From NCBI RefSeq assembly GCF_018977255.1, contig NW_024704742.1:134170001-134234000 (forward strand): a stretch of DNA of 64,000 nt, read 5' to 3'. A program made the position numbers and the translations under genes. The notes beneath the pieces were generated by a model. It had not been told where the DNA came from. It ran no database searches and was given only the letters and a program-made list of their open reading frames with translations. Below are positions 1 through 11,062 of the stretch, in pieces. The stretch is from Callorhinchus milii. Lineage: Eukaryota. Position 1 is the first letter of the stretch. Each line of letters begins with the position of its first letter.

Positions 1-143
1 CTCTTTGATCGTGCCTTCAGTCACCCTCCCACCTCTCTGCCGTCCCTCACCCATGCTCTGGTCCTGATCCGACTGTCCAGTGCCTTGGGACATCCTCCCG
101 ACATGAAAGGTGCTCTATAAATGTAATTTTGTTGTTGTTTTTG
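1..143 (+). mobile_element. L2-clade LINE 3' end fragment
   Basis: LFDRAF ORF2 terminus, tail GCCTTGGGACATCCTCCCGACATGAAAGGTGCT, then (GTT)n. Confidence 0.8.
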
Positions 144-779
144 TTGAAACCCTCCACAAACATGGTGTGGACTTTGACCCTATCGATCTTAACGGGATTC
201 AACCATAATGTGGAAGAAACTGTTCACCACTTTTCGTCGCTAACCAGTACCCCATCAGAAACGTAGATGAAATTAAAGAAAAAAAATAACCTTGCAGGAC
301 TATTATTCAGCATAACCCATTGCCTTAGAAGACACTTTTACTTACGCCAACCTGTTTTGTCATGCTTTTCAAACCGCCCTCACCCCTATTTCTTCGACAG
401 GTTAATAGCCCACAAAGCTTACAGTCAATTCACTTCACAGTGAAGCGCTTTGAGATGTCTCAAAACGTGATAAGGCGCTATATCAAATGCAAGGATTATT
501 ATTATTATCACTTTTACCTGCATTTGCTAAGCAACACCACTGGGTGCCACAATAGTGCTAAGTGAGCCCTCCTAGTGGTAGGGAATAAGCACTGCAAACT
601 TTTACAAAGTGGATTGACGTTCTGTCCTAAACACTTAAAATTGCGCAGCATTTGAAAATCAGAAATTCAGCCTTAAGGTGAAATTCCCATCTTTAAAACT
701 TTCCTAAAATGTTGTACATTTGTCTTAAGCCTAAGACCATTAGAATTTCTGGGTCTAAAGGATTCTCCTGGACATTAGA

Positions 780-2143
780 TAATGCACCAGTAACTCTAAG
801 CACAGACCAACCAATCGATGACGTCAGGTGAATAAACTGGAAGAAAAACTAAGGGCAAGGAACAGAGGCAAGGAGAGGAGAGAAGGGGGCACTTCATCAA
901 AACAGTGATAAGTGTATCAAGAACATGTGGCAAGACAAAGTCTCATATGTGTTATTGCAAGAGGGGTGGAGGGGAGGTTCCAACCACTGGATAAAAGAGC
1001 AGCTAGATTTCTAAAATGATCAAGGACCCAAATCGAAAGGACCAGTGCTCTCTGTCTGCAAAGTCAGTCTGTAAGATTTCAATCGTCCTGTTCACACAAC
1101 AGTAACATTGCTATTTAAATAGGAGCTTGCCTTTAAACAACTCATCGCTAAGTGCTCGCTCGCTCACTCACTCATACTTCGAAACCAAACAAAAATGACA
1201 ATCGCTTGCTCTTGCACACACACACACACACGCGCTCAAGTAATCTCTCTCTTGTAAATACTTATTAGGAAAATAACACTGACCAACTGATCCAAGATGC
1301 GGAAAAAAAGTAATTGATAATAAACCTGCTCACAAATAGAACATTCACAGTACCTGGGCTGTAATGTGCTCACATTATATATGGAAACACAAGCTCATGT
1401 GAGGGTTATTTTCCTGATTTTTTTCTGTTTCCCTTCTGCATATTATACCTTTTTGAGCGACTAAACCAGGGTTTTCAAAATAACATGACAATGTGATACA
1501 GCCCTGCTTAATTTGGTCCATTAGAAACACATTTTCAATTCATTTAAAAAAAACACTGAAGATTTGGCCAAAAGAGTTTCAACCGAACTAGACACGAGCA
1601 AAATACTGTTTATGTGAGACTTGACTCCCCTCTCCTCTGTTTTGTGTGTACGTGAGTTTTTCTTTGAAATAACGCCTTTAGTGAATGCCATTAGTTCCTT
1701 AGTGCCCGAGAGATCAAATTCACTGAATGGTGACCAAATTGCACAAGCTTTGTGGGAACCACAAGAGAGAACTTGTTTGGTGGCATAAAAAGTACAGAGT
1801 GAGTAAAAGGATGTATTGCAACAGTACAAAAATGTATACTTCTTAAAAAGTGTCGAGTTTCTTCCTTTTTTTCCCCAAATCAACCGACTGTGGATTTAGA
1901 CATGAGACCGCCACGGGGTTAGCTACGCGGCTGCCCAGGATCAGCATTTCCAGATGGTTCCGAGAGGGTCCTTATGGAACGTGTGACAGCGACACCAGGC
2001 CGAGTGTTCACCCCTGCAGGGAGTGGCCCTTTCTGGGCGGGCGGGGAGTGGCGGGAGCGTATTCTCCCCCTTCCCCTGACCCCCCCTCCACCCCCAACCC
2101 ACCTATTAGAAAAATGCGGGCGTCCGAGTGGCGAGAACGCTCC
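780..2143 (-). other. ZNF532: putative ZNF532 3'UTR (distal end not determined)
   Basis: Largely TE-free sequence directly after the stop codon. I found no canonical AATAAA/ATTAAA on the minus strand by eye. Confidence 0.6.
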
Positions 2144-2644
2144 TCATTTCTCCGTCGCGCACAAACGCTTGGACTTTATGAAGGCCATTCCATGTGTCCG
2201 CATGTGTGTGTTCAAGGCAGCTTCGCTTTCAAATGTCTTGGAACAGACTTTACACTTTTTGTCCGTCAGCATGCCCTCCTCCTGGCTGTCTTCCGAGGTG
2301 GCTTTGCTGTCGGCCGCGCTGTCCTCCCTGGCCCCGTTCTGCCGGGCCACCTGCTGGGCATTCTTCATCTTGTGCACGATGAACAGGTGCCGGGTGAGAG
2401 ACTGCAGCGAGGTGTAGCACAGCCCGCACTCCCTGCACTGGCACGTGGAGCCGTCAGTTTTGTGCTGCGGGAGGTGGTCTTGGAACTGAGTCACGTTCTC
2501 TGTGGTAAAGCCACACACGGCGCACTTGTTCAGCTTGATGACATTGATTTTCAGCTTCTTTAACGGTTGCGTGATGGCTCCTCGGGCAGGACTCCTGATC
2601 TCCATCACAGTGTCCTCCAGCTTCCTCTTTGGCGGCGATGACAT
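2144..2644 (-). CDS. ZNF532: ZNF532 last coding exon (MSSPPKRKLED...KRLCATEK*)
   Basis: Acceptor gctgtctctttcAG at 2646-2645; stop TGA 2146-2144; three C2H2 fingers; inside ORF 2144..2707. Confidence 0.95.
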   Translation of the reverse strand: MSSPPKRKLEDTVMEIRSPARGAITQPLKKLKINVIKLNKCAVCGFTTENVTQFQDHLPQHKTDGSTCQCRECGLCYTSLQSLTRHLFIVHKMKNAQQVARQNGAREDSAADSKATSEDSQEEGMLTDKKCKVCSKTFESEAALNTHMRTHGMAFIKSKRLCATEK

Positions 2645-3033
2645 CTGAAAGAGACAGCAAAGCTCCAAGTAGCACAAACCATCACGCTCGCTCCCAATTC
2701 CGAGCAACGAGAAATATAACCTTGCATTTGATATAGTGCCTTATCACATCGCTGAAGTGTCCGAAGCAGCACTGCCACTTGTCAATTCAGAACTGCTGGT
2801 GCCTTCAATTTACATTTGGTGGTTTGTTTCAACATCCTCAAACCCTACCTTCGCTCAGCAGACATCCTCTGGCCTAACCGACTCACCATCAGTGGTCAGG
2901 CTGTCAGGCTTTCCGCCCCCCCCCCCACCCCACCACCACCACTCTGGATATTCCCCGACCCTGCGTCTAAGCAGTGAGCCTAACAGCACTAGTAAGAAAA
3001 GTGTGTATCCCAGGATAAAACAATTCTACTCAC

Positions 3034-3178
3034 CACATTCTCTTCCTTAGGGGACTCCACTATGGTTGTTGCCTCTGTCATCTGGGACAGGTCAGGGTTT
3101 TTAATGCCGTGCATGAGACGTATATGTTTCTCCAGCATAAACCTTTTGGTGAATGTGCGTTTCGAATCTGGGCAATTC
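3034..3178 (-). CDS. ZNF532: ZNF532 coding exon 7 (W-NCPDSKRTFTKRFMLEKHIRLMHGIKNPDL...KEENV)
   Basis: Manual translation. Acceptor tctgtttctcctAG; donor GTG|GTGAGT; 145 nt, phase 2 to 0. Confidence 0.92.
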
Positions 3179-3197
3179 CTAGGAGAAACAGAATATC

Positions 3198-3537
3198 ATA
3201 ATAATAATCCTTGCATTGGATATGGCGCCTTATCACGTCATTGAGGCGCCTCAAAGCGCTTCATAGAACATATTGTAAAGTGAATTGACTGCATATTTTG
3301 TGGACAGAAAATGGCAGTTAATTACGCACAGCAGTGTCCCACTTTTTGGGAGGGTGAGGAATTATTACCCCCGGAAAACGATCCGCCAATCAGCTAACAA
3401 CTGGTTTCCTACTTACTGCTAGATAAATAGAGGCGTGTGGTGTAAGGAAACTTGCCTAGGTTTTGCTCCGTCCGGGAATCGAACCGGGTCCTCTCCCTTG
3501 CGAGGCGAGCGCAGTAACCACTACACTACAGGATTCC
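3198..3537 (-). mobile_element. tRNA-derived SINE, long subfamily, full length
   Basis: A/B box head (GTAGTGTAGTGG...GGTTCGATTCC), central ..TAGCAGTAAGTAGGAA.. segment, L2-like tail and (ATT)n. Confidence 0.85.
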
Positions 3538-4282
3538 ATGTACACGTGAGCACTCACTGAATGATTCATTGCCAATTTCTGGACAAATTTCCCTCCTTAA
3601 CCTGAGGACTACAATAACAGTAGTAATAAGAATGATTCTTGCATTCAGAAAATTCAAAAAGTGCAGGATAATTCTATAAAGTGTAGTTTGTATTTATAGG
3701 GAATCGCAGCAGCTCAATTGTGCACAGCAATGCCCCACAAACAACTTCAAAATATTAAGATAAAAATCATAATAACCTTATATTTGATATAGCGCATTAT
3801 CACATTGTCAAGGTGTTTCAAAGTGCTTCGCAGGATGTTATAGACAGGACTAAGGTGGTTCAGTTTATTGGCAGTGAACACACTCCCAATGAACCATGCA
3901 CTAATCCTTGCCATGCTCCACTGGCTCCTTGTTGCAGAATGGATCGATTTAAAAATTGTTTCTTACTTACAATCAATCAATTCACACCCTAGCACCTCCC
4001 TAACTCTCTGACCTACTTACAGCCCACTCTAGGACCGGCCTCTTCATTTAGCTGGCTCCAGCCTCCCTGTTCCCCTCCAGCCACTGTGCCCTGAAACTCT
4101 AGAACTCGCTGCCTTAATTCCTCCGCCTTGCCTCCCCCCTCCCCGTCTTCAGATTGCATTTGACTGCCTTCCTCTTTGACTTTGCCTCTGGTCACCTCCT
4201 CTCTTTCCGGCTCGGTGTCAGCCTCTGCCACTGTTTGCACTGTGACTCTCACAATTGGCTGCCGCGTTTCGCCCACAAATAT

Positions 4283-4650
4283 ACAACAAAATTACATTTG
4301 TAAAACGCCTTTCACGTCGGGAGGCCGTCCCAAGGTGCTGGACAGACAGTTACGGACCCGAGCTGGGGGTCTGGGAGGGTGGAGGGCAGGGGGGAAGGCA
4401 GAGAGATCGAAAGCATGGTCAAAGAGGAGGGTCTTGAAGGTGGAATGGGAGGGGGCGAGGCGGAGGGACCTCAGGATGGAGTTCCAGAGGGAAGAGGCAG
4501 AGTGGCAAAAAGCCCGCCTGCCAATAGTGCGGCGACCGAGGCAGGGGACGTGAAGCAGGCCGGAGCTTGCTGAGCGGAGGGAGTAAGCAGGATGGTAGGG
4601 GGTTAGGAGGTCGCAGAGGTAGCGGGAGCAAGACAGTGGAGGGCTTTGAA
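4283..4650 (-). mobile_element. L2 LINE 3' fragment
   Basis: Translates to YLCDLLTPYHPAYSLRSASSGLLHVP..RAFCHSASSLWNSI..KTLLFDHAF (L2 ORF2 C-terminus) with the family tail. Confidence 0.85.
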
Positions 4651-5001
4651 CAACAAGACAACAACAACAAGATTCCATTTATAAAGCGCCTTTCACGTCA
4701 GGAGGACGTCCCAAGGCGCTGCACAGTTGGGTCATGACCCGAGGAGGGGGGAAATGGTCAGGGGGAGGGGAGGGAGCGAGGAGGGGGGAAATGGTCAGGG
4801 TGAGGGGAGGGATGGGAGGGAGCGAGAAGGGGGAAGAGAGTCGAGAGGGGAGCTGAAGGCTCGGTCAAAGAGAAGGTGAAGACCAGGATCTTGAACGGTA
4901 TCCTCTGTGTGATGGGAAGCCAGTGGAGTTGGGCGAGGATGGGGGTGATAGGGTCGCGGAGCCTGGTGAGTGAGAGGACACGGGCTGCAGAGTTCTGGAT
5001 G

Positions 5002-5255
5002 CTCCGCTCCACCATCGGCGGCCGGGCCTTCAGCCACTATGCCCCGAGGCTCTGGAACTCCCTTCCTCACTCCCTTCGCCTCGCTCCCTCTCTTCCTATT
5101 TTCGGGTCTCGGCTGAAGACCTTTCTTTTCGACCACGTCTTTGGTCACCTTCCTCCGCCTCCCCCTCCCCCTGGCTCGGCCCCGGAATCCGTTACTGTGA
5201 AGCGCTCTGAGATGCCGTCTGGCGTGAAGGGCGCTCTATATATCCAAGTTGTTGT
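5002..5255 (+). mobile_element. L2 LINE 3' fragment, second tail type, with 6-bp TSD TGGATG
   Basis: TIGGRAFSHYAPRLWNSLP..KTFLFDHVF; TGGATG at 4996-5001 and 5256-5261. Confidence 0.85.
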
Positions 5256-5335
5256 TGGATGATCTGCAGCCTGTGGAGGGAGGAGTTGGGGAGGCCGACA
5301 AGCATAGTCGAGCCTCGATATAATGAAAGCGTGTA

Positions 5336-5652
5336 TAATAATAATAATAATCCTTGCATTTGATATAGCGCTTTTCACGTCTTCTAGACGTCCCAAACCG
5401 CTTCACAGAATATACTGTAAAGTGAATTGACTGTATATTTGTGGGCGAACGCGGCAGCCAATTGCGCACAGCAGTGTCCCACAAACAGTCGTAGATTGAA
5501 AATGACCAATTTATTATTTTTTTTTGGAGGGATTATTATTAGGCTCTGTGTGGAGTAAGGAAACTTGCCCAAGGTTTCGCCCTCTGCCTGGAATTGAACT
5601 CAGGTCTCTCGCTTGCAAAGCGAGTGCTCTAACCACTGAGCTACAGGACTCC
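5336..5652 (-). mobile_element. tRNA-derived SINE, short subfamily, full length
   Basis: Head GGAGTCCTGTAGCTCAGTGGTTAGAGCACTCGCTTTGCAAGCGAG; tail ..GCGCTATATCAAATGCAAGG(ATT)n. Confidence 0.88.
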
Positions 5653-6194
5653 ACAAACTCCAGGGTTTCGATGGCCTGTGGTGTGAGACAATAGCGGAGC
5701 CGGGCGACGTTGCAGAGGTATACAGTCAATTCACTTTACAGTATATTTTGTGAAGGGCTTTGAGATGTCTAGAAGACATGAAAAGTGCTATATCAAAGGA
5801 TTATTATTATTATTAGCGTCAGGACGCCTCAAAGCATTTCACAGGAATTACTGCAAAGTGTAGCGACTGTGTAGGCAAATACAGCAGCTGATTTGTGCAC
5901 AGCAGTGTTCCACAAACAGCCAAGTGAATGACCAATTTTATCTGTGGGATTATTGGCTAGGACACCAGGGAAAAAAACTCCCTTCTCTTCAAATAGGGAA
6001 AGAAGATAGTTGCTGATAATTCATCCACTTTTCGAGCTTGTCAAAATGTCAACACTTCGACTTTTAATAGGTTATAAAAAACATAATGGCATGAGAAACT
6101 GATCACTGCTGTCAATGCCAAATAACTTGTTTGCAGTCATTTGACTTGAAAGTAAGAATGATTTACAAGACAGGTCTAGTAATCTTAATGATGA

Positions 6195-6626
6195 ATAATT
6201 ATAATCCTTGCATTTGATACAGCGCCTTTCATCACATTATCAAGTCACCTCAAAGCACTTCACAGGATTTTGCTGTGATTGAAGTGACAGTATTTGTAAG
6301 TGAACGTGACAGCCAATTTCCACACAGCAATGTCCCACAAATAGCCATGAAGTGAACAACACATTTTATTTGGGTTATTGATGTCCTGACACAGGGAAAA
6401 ACCCTTCTCTTTTCGAATAGTGCCACGAGTAATATATCCACTTGACAGGCAAACGATCCCTCGCTTTAACAACTTATCTGAAAGATGGCATCTCCAAAAA
6501 AGCAGTACATTCCCAGCATTGCACTGGAGTGCCAGCCTGCACTGTGAGTTCAAAGTCCCAATGTGGAGCTCAAACCCACATTCTCTGACTCAGATGAAAG
6601 AGTGCTGCAACTGAGCCAAGCCGACA
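6195..6626 (-). mobile_element. older DeuSINE-like element, near full length
   Basis: Degenerate tRNA head plus a central block resembling the Deu domain (GGAGATGCCATCTTTCAGATAAG..GCCTGTCAAGTGG..GGCACTATTCGAA) and the shared tail. Confidence 0.7.
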
Positions 6627-7083
6627 ACCGGCTGAATCAACTGTTCCGAAGGCTCACTTTGATACAGTAGTCCATTTGGTGGTCTCCCTGGATTTCCTAT
6701 TTTTTAATTATTTAATACATCAGAGCTTCTCAATAATTAAATAAGGACACAGTATGTGTAGCTTTGCATAAACATACAATCCATACTAACTAAAATAGGC
6801 CATGTGATAAATCCACAGCTTAACCTGCACTGTTAGTCTCTGGTCATTTCACCTGGTCTTCAAGTGGCCAATTAACCAAGAATCAATTGAAGATAGATTA
6901 AAATATGAAAGCAATAAATATCAATTATTTTCCAAAAGATGTCAAACTGCAGATTTAGTTCAGGGTCAAATTCCACACTGAACAGAAATAGGGAAACCTT
7001 GCCAATGGGAGAGAGAGAATTCGGAAGCCTAATGTTTTGACAACAGCTTTCACTTGTTTAGCTCCTTTCATGCAGAATAATAT

Positions 7084-7485
7084 CTACGAGTTCTCCACAG
7101 AGATGGAGTGGAAGCCCGTGCAGGGTGGGAAATGGGTTTGGGGGGTGGAAACGGGTGGGAGTAGGAGGATGCAGACCCATTGCAATCCTGGGCACTGCTG
7201 ATGACAGCACAGACAGGCTGGCTCATCGAAAGGACCTGGAATGGCAAACCTAGGGGCAGGGAATCCTCCCACTCAGCTCCTGTTAAGCTTGCAAGCCAAA
7301 ACCTTAACGGGTAGGGTGGACGGTCCTAGCTGGACAAGCAACGGGAAAGATTGCCAGACAGTGGCATTGATGGCAAGCGGTTTTAGCTGGCTAGACTCCA
7401 GCTAGGGTCCCCAAGCCACGGCTCCTGCCAACTTGCGCCTAATACTTTCCGGACTTAAGTAAGCAGCATGTGTCCCGCGAAGGAA
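7084..7485 (+). repeat. dispersed repeat of uncertain class (second copy near 61060-61255); possibly an RTE-clade LINE 5' region
   Basis: Blocks GCTGATGACAGCACAG, CTCAGCTCCTGTTAA, GCAAGCCAAA, GGTCCTAG and TTGCCAGACAG occur in the same order in both copies. Confidence 0.6.
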
Positions 7486-8736
7486 AGAGTGCACATTCCA
7501 TTCCAACAATCTATCTCTGAAATTTCCAATTGCAACAACAACAACTTGCACTTATATTGCTCCCTCCACAGAGGGCAGAGTCTAGAGCGCTTTAATGCCT
7601 GGAATTCTCAGTTTGGGTTGGATACTCTTAAGCACGGTGATAGTTTTCCGCATGGGTCAGACCCCTAGCTGACCAAAAATAAGATGATTTTAGAAGAGTT
7701 TTGAAAGCAGGAAAGGAGGGTGTGAGATGGTAGGAAGTATTTGGGGAAGAGTTCCAGGGGGTTAAGTGACTAAGTTTGGCTGCCATTGGTAGGTTTAGGA
7801 TGTGCAAAATTCTCACTGCTTTAAGCCTTAAGAGCAATACTTTAAGATTGAAGATTAAGCAGGTTTTTGGAAAAATTTAAATTCAGCCTTAATTTAGAAG
7901 CGCCTTGGGACATCCTCCTGACGTGAAGGTTGCTGTATAAAATGCAAGGATTATTATTATTATTATTACGGCTCTCTTAAAAGGACAGATTGCAGCAGTC
8001 AGGCTAAATGTTTCACAATAACACAATGATGGTCATTGATCAGTGATTTGGAATATATTAAAATTGTTGAGAACATTTGATTTTTTTTGATGGTTCTGAA
8101 GTCTGGCCTTTAGAAGTCAAAAGGGACACTCGTTCTCGGAATTTGAACGGTGGAAATTGTATTTAAATAATCCATCAAGATCCAGAATACACTGCATCAA
8201 TGCCTCTAAAGAACAAACCATCTATTATTCATGGCTAATTGAGCTCTCTTACTTTGTTTCCCTCTGGTCAATGAGTTTAAAATATTTCAAAAAGGAAATA
8301 AAAAATTAGTTTGATATAAAACATAGTTGTTCCCGCTGTGGGAAGATAACTAAATTATTAGCAGAATAATTATGGACAATAATGATCCTTACATTTGATA
8401 TTGCGTCTTTCACCTCAGGCGGACATCTCAAAGCTCTTCACAGGATATACTGTGAAGTGTAGTGACTGTATATTTTGTAAGCATTACACAGTTGAGTTAA
8501 CATATTCTATGGAGACTGTAGAAATATACGACACAGTCGATTAGTTTCAGCAAACATGCCTCCAATGGATGGATATCCCTCCCTTACCCCGTCTACCTTG
8601 CCCTCTCTCCGACTTTAAATCTAGCATAGAAACCTACTTCTTCGACTGCGTCTATGGTCACCTCTCCCTGCCCCTTGTTTGAATCTGACCCAATCTTTGT
8701 GAAACACTCAAAGACATTATTGTACACGAAGGGCGT

Positions 8737-8930
8737 TGCTGTCAGCCTGGCTCAGCTGATGGTCGGCTTGACTCTGAATCAAGAAATTGCAGGTTCAAGC
8801 CCCACTTCGGGGACTTTGAACCCAGTCTCAGCCAACACTTCAAAGCAGTGCTGAGGACAATGCTACATTGTTGGAGTTGGCGTCCTTCAGGTGAGAAGCT
8901 AAACCAAGGTCGCCGCTGCCTGTTCCTGTT
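8737..8930 (+). mobile_element. DeuSINE-like 5' fragment
   Basis: TGGCTCAG..GGTTCAAGCCC head followed by GCAGTGCTGAGG..CATTGTTGGAG..CGTCCTTCAGGTGAGA. Confidence 0.65.
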
Positions 8931-9012
8931 TCACTACCTCAGAGGAACAATTATTGCAACTCCTTGATTGTCCAGCATCTTTCATGTTGGAAGGTCATCC
9001 CAAGATGCTCTA

Positions 9013-9311
9013 TAATAATAATAATAATAATAATCCTTGCATTTGATATAGCGCTTTTCACGTCGGGAGGACGTCCCAAAGCGCTTCACAGAACACACTG
9101 TAAAATGAACGCGGCAGCCAATTGCGCACAGCAATGTCCCACAAACAGTCGTAGATTGAAAATGACCAATTTATTATTGTTTTGTTTTTTGAAGGGATTA
9201 TTATTAGGCGTGTGGAGTAAGGAAACTTGCCCAAGGTTTCGCCCTGTCTGGAATTGAACTCGGGTCTCTCACTTGCAAAGCGAGTGCTCTAACCACTGAG
9301 CTACAGGACTC
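9013..9311 (-). mobile_element. tRNA-derived SINE, short subfamily (small internal deletion)
   Basis: Near-identical to 5336-5652. Confidence 0.87.
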
Positions 9312-9492
9312 TACAAATGTAACTTTGTTGTTGTTTATCCTCCCTGCAGTGCATTTTCAGTAATGAAAGTACAGCTTACAAATGCCCTTCGCCCCCCATC
9401 CAACAACACTGACTGTACGCAAGATACTGTAAAGTAAATAATTACCACTGAAAATCAGGGTTTAATACTGCGCTGGTTGCGACATTACTTAC

Positions 9493-9605
9493 CAGCATGT
9501 ATAGACCTTCCGGATGCCTTTATGTTTGATGCGATTGTGCCTGCACAGACTGTGCGAAGAGCTGAAGGATTTTTCACACTGACGGCATGGGTGCTTCTTC
9601 ATTTG
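9493..9605 (-). CDS. ZNF532: ZNF532 coding exon 6 (QMKKHPCRQCEKSFSSSHSLCRHNRIKHKGIRKVYTC)
   Basis: Manual translation. Acceptor cccctctctaacAG; donor TG|GTAAGT; 113 nt, phase 0 to 2. Confidence 0.93.
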
Positions 9606-9664
9606 CTGTTAGAGAGGGGAAACATCATATCAGCTAAACCATCTTTACCTTGGCATCAGGCTCT

Positions 9665-10644
9665 ACATCTCCAGTTATGCATTCTGTCCCACATCCGGTC
9701 CTTGACCAGAACTGCTTTCCTCCACCCCCGCCACGTTGCCCACTTTCATGCCTATTTCACTTCAAATGCTGCTGAAATTGGCATTCAAGCTTTCATCACC
9801 TCCCGTCTTGATTGTTCCAATGCACCCCTTGCCAGTCTCCCCAGCTCCACAAGGTTCAAATGATTCAGACCTCTGCCACCCGTGTCCTCACCAGTACCAG
9901 TCTCCACATTCCCACTGCCCCAATTCTTGCAAGGCTCCACTGCCTCCCTGTTGCAGTTGATTTCAAGATCTTCATACTCACTTTCAAATCTCTTCATGCC
10001 CTAGCATCTCCCTAACTTTGCACCCCATTCCTCTATGCTCCAACTTAGCTGAGTTAGCATGGGTCAGCTGTACGTCCCTTGTCCCCTCCGGTACAGAATT
10101 GGTGGCCGTCCTTTCAGCCATTATGCCCCGATTCTCTGGAACTCCTTGCCTCAATCCCTCTGTCTTGGCCCCCTCTCTTCTCATTGGCAAATAATATAAT
10201 CCTTGGATTTGATATAGCGCTTTTTCATGTCCTCTCGAAGTCTCAGAGCGCTTCACAGAATATACTGTAAAGTGAATTAACTGCATATTTGTGGGCGAAA
10301 CGCAGCCAATTGCGCACAGCAGTGGCCCACAAACAGTCTTGGATTGAAAATGACCAATTTATTACTGTTTTGTTTTTTGGAGGGATTATTATTAGGGGTG
10401 TGGAGTAAGGAAACTTGCCCAAGGTTTTGCCCTGCCTGGAATTGAACCCAGGTGTCTCGCTTGCAAAGCGAGTGCTCTAACCACTGAGCTACATGACTTC
10501 ACAAATCCCACCTGACAAGACTTTCCTCTTCAACCACTATTTGGTTTTTTGGCCACAATTCCCTCCCCCCACCCACTTTTCGGCTCAGCATCAGCCTTCC
10601 GTGATGCAATGTGGACGAAGGCACTGTATCAATGCTAGTTCTTG
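9665..10644 (+). mobile_element. L2 LINE fragment interrupted by a SINE
   Basis: AFITSRLDCSNAPLASLP, PILARLHCLP..FKIFILTFKSLH motifs; resumes after 10500. Confidence 0.8.
10190..10500 (-). mobile_element. tRNA-derived SINE, short subfamily
   Basis: Full head and tail; CAAAT on both flanks may be a TSD. Confidence 0.87.
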
Positions 10645-10761
10645 AAGTTTATCCTGAAGAAAACACGATTTGAGCTGCTCCCATCTTTAGACAGCAGAAT
10701 TTACAATGTTATATTCCTTAGAGCCAAAGGGGTTTGGTTGTAATTTGACCTGGGCGTTTAA

Positions 10762-11062
10762 AATAATAATAATACCCACATTTGATATAGTGCCTTATCA
10801 TGTCTTTGAGACATCTCAAAGCGCTTCACAGAATATATTGGAAAGTGGATTGATTAAATTTTGTGGGCGAAACGCAGCAGCCAATTGCACATATCACTGT
10901 CCAACAAACAGTCGTGGATTGAGTAACCAAATTGTTAGTATTTATTTATTAATTTTTTGGAAGGGATTATTACCCCCAGGAAAGCAATCCGTCAATCGAC
11001 TAATAGCTGGGTTCCCACTTACTGCTGGGTAAACAGAGACATGTGGAGTAAGGAATGTTGCC
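10762..11062 (-). mobile_element. SINE, long subfamily, head missing
   Basis: Contains CTGTTTACCCAGCAGTAAGTGGGAACCC and the tail. Confidence 0.8.

Larger units (their letters stand above)
4652..5720 (-). mobile_element. L2 LINE fragment interrupted by an antisense L2 piece (5002-5255) and a SINE (5336-5652)
   Basis: HAFIISRLDY and IQNSAARVLSLTRLRDPITPILAQLHWLP motifs resume across both insertions. Confidence 0.85.

Noticed and set aside
1850..2563. 237-aa and 147-aa + strand ORFs
   Set aside because: Antisense shadows of the GC-rich last ZNF532 exon; no recognisable protein features.
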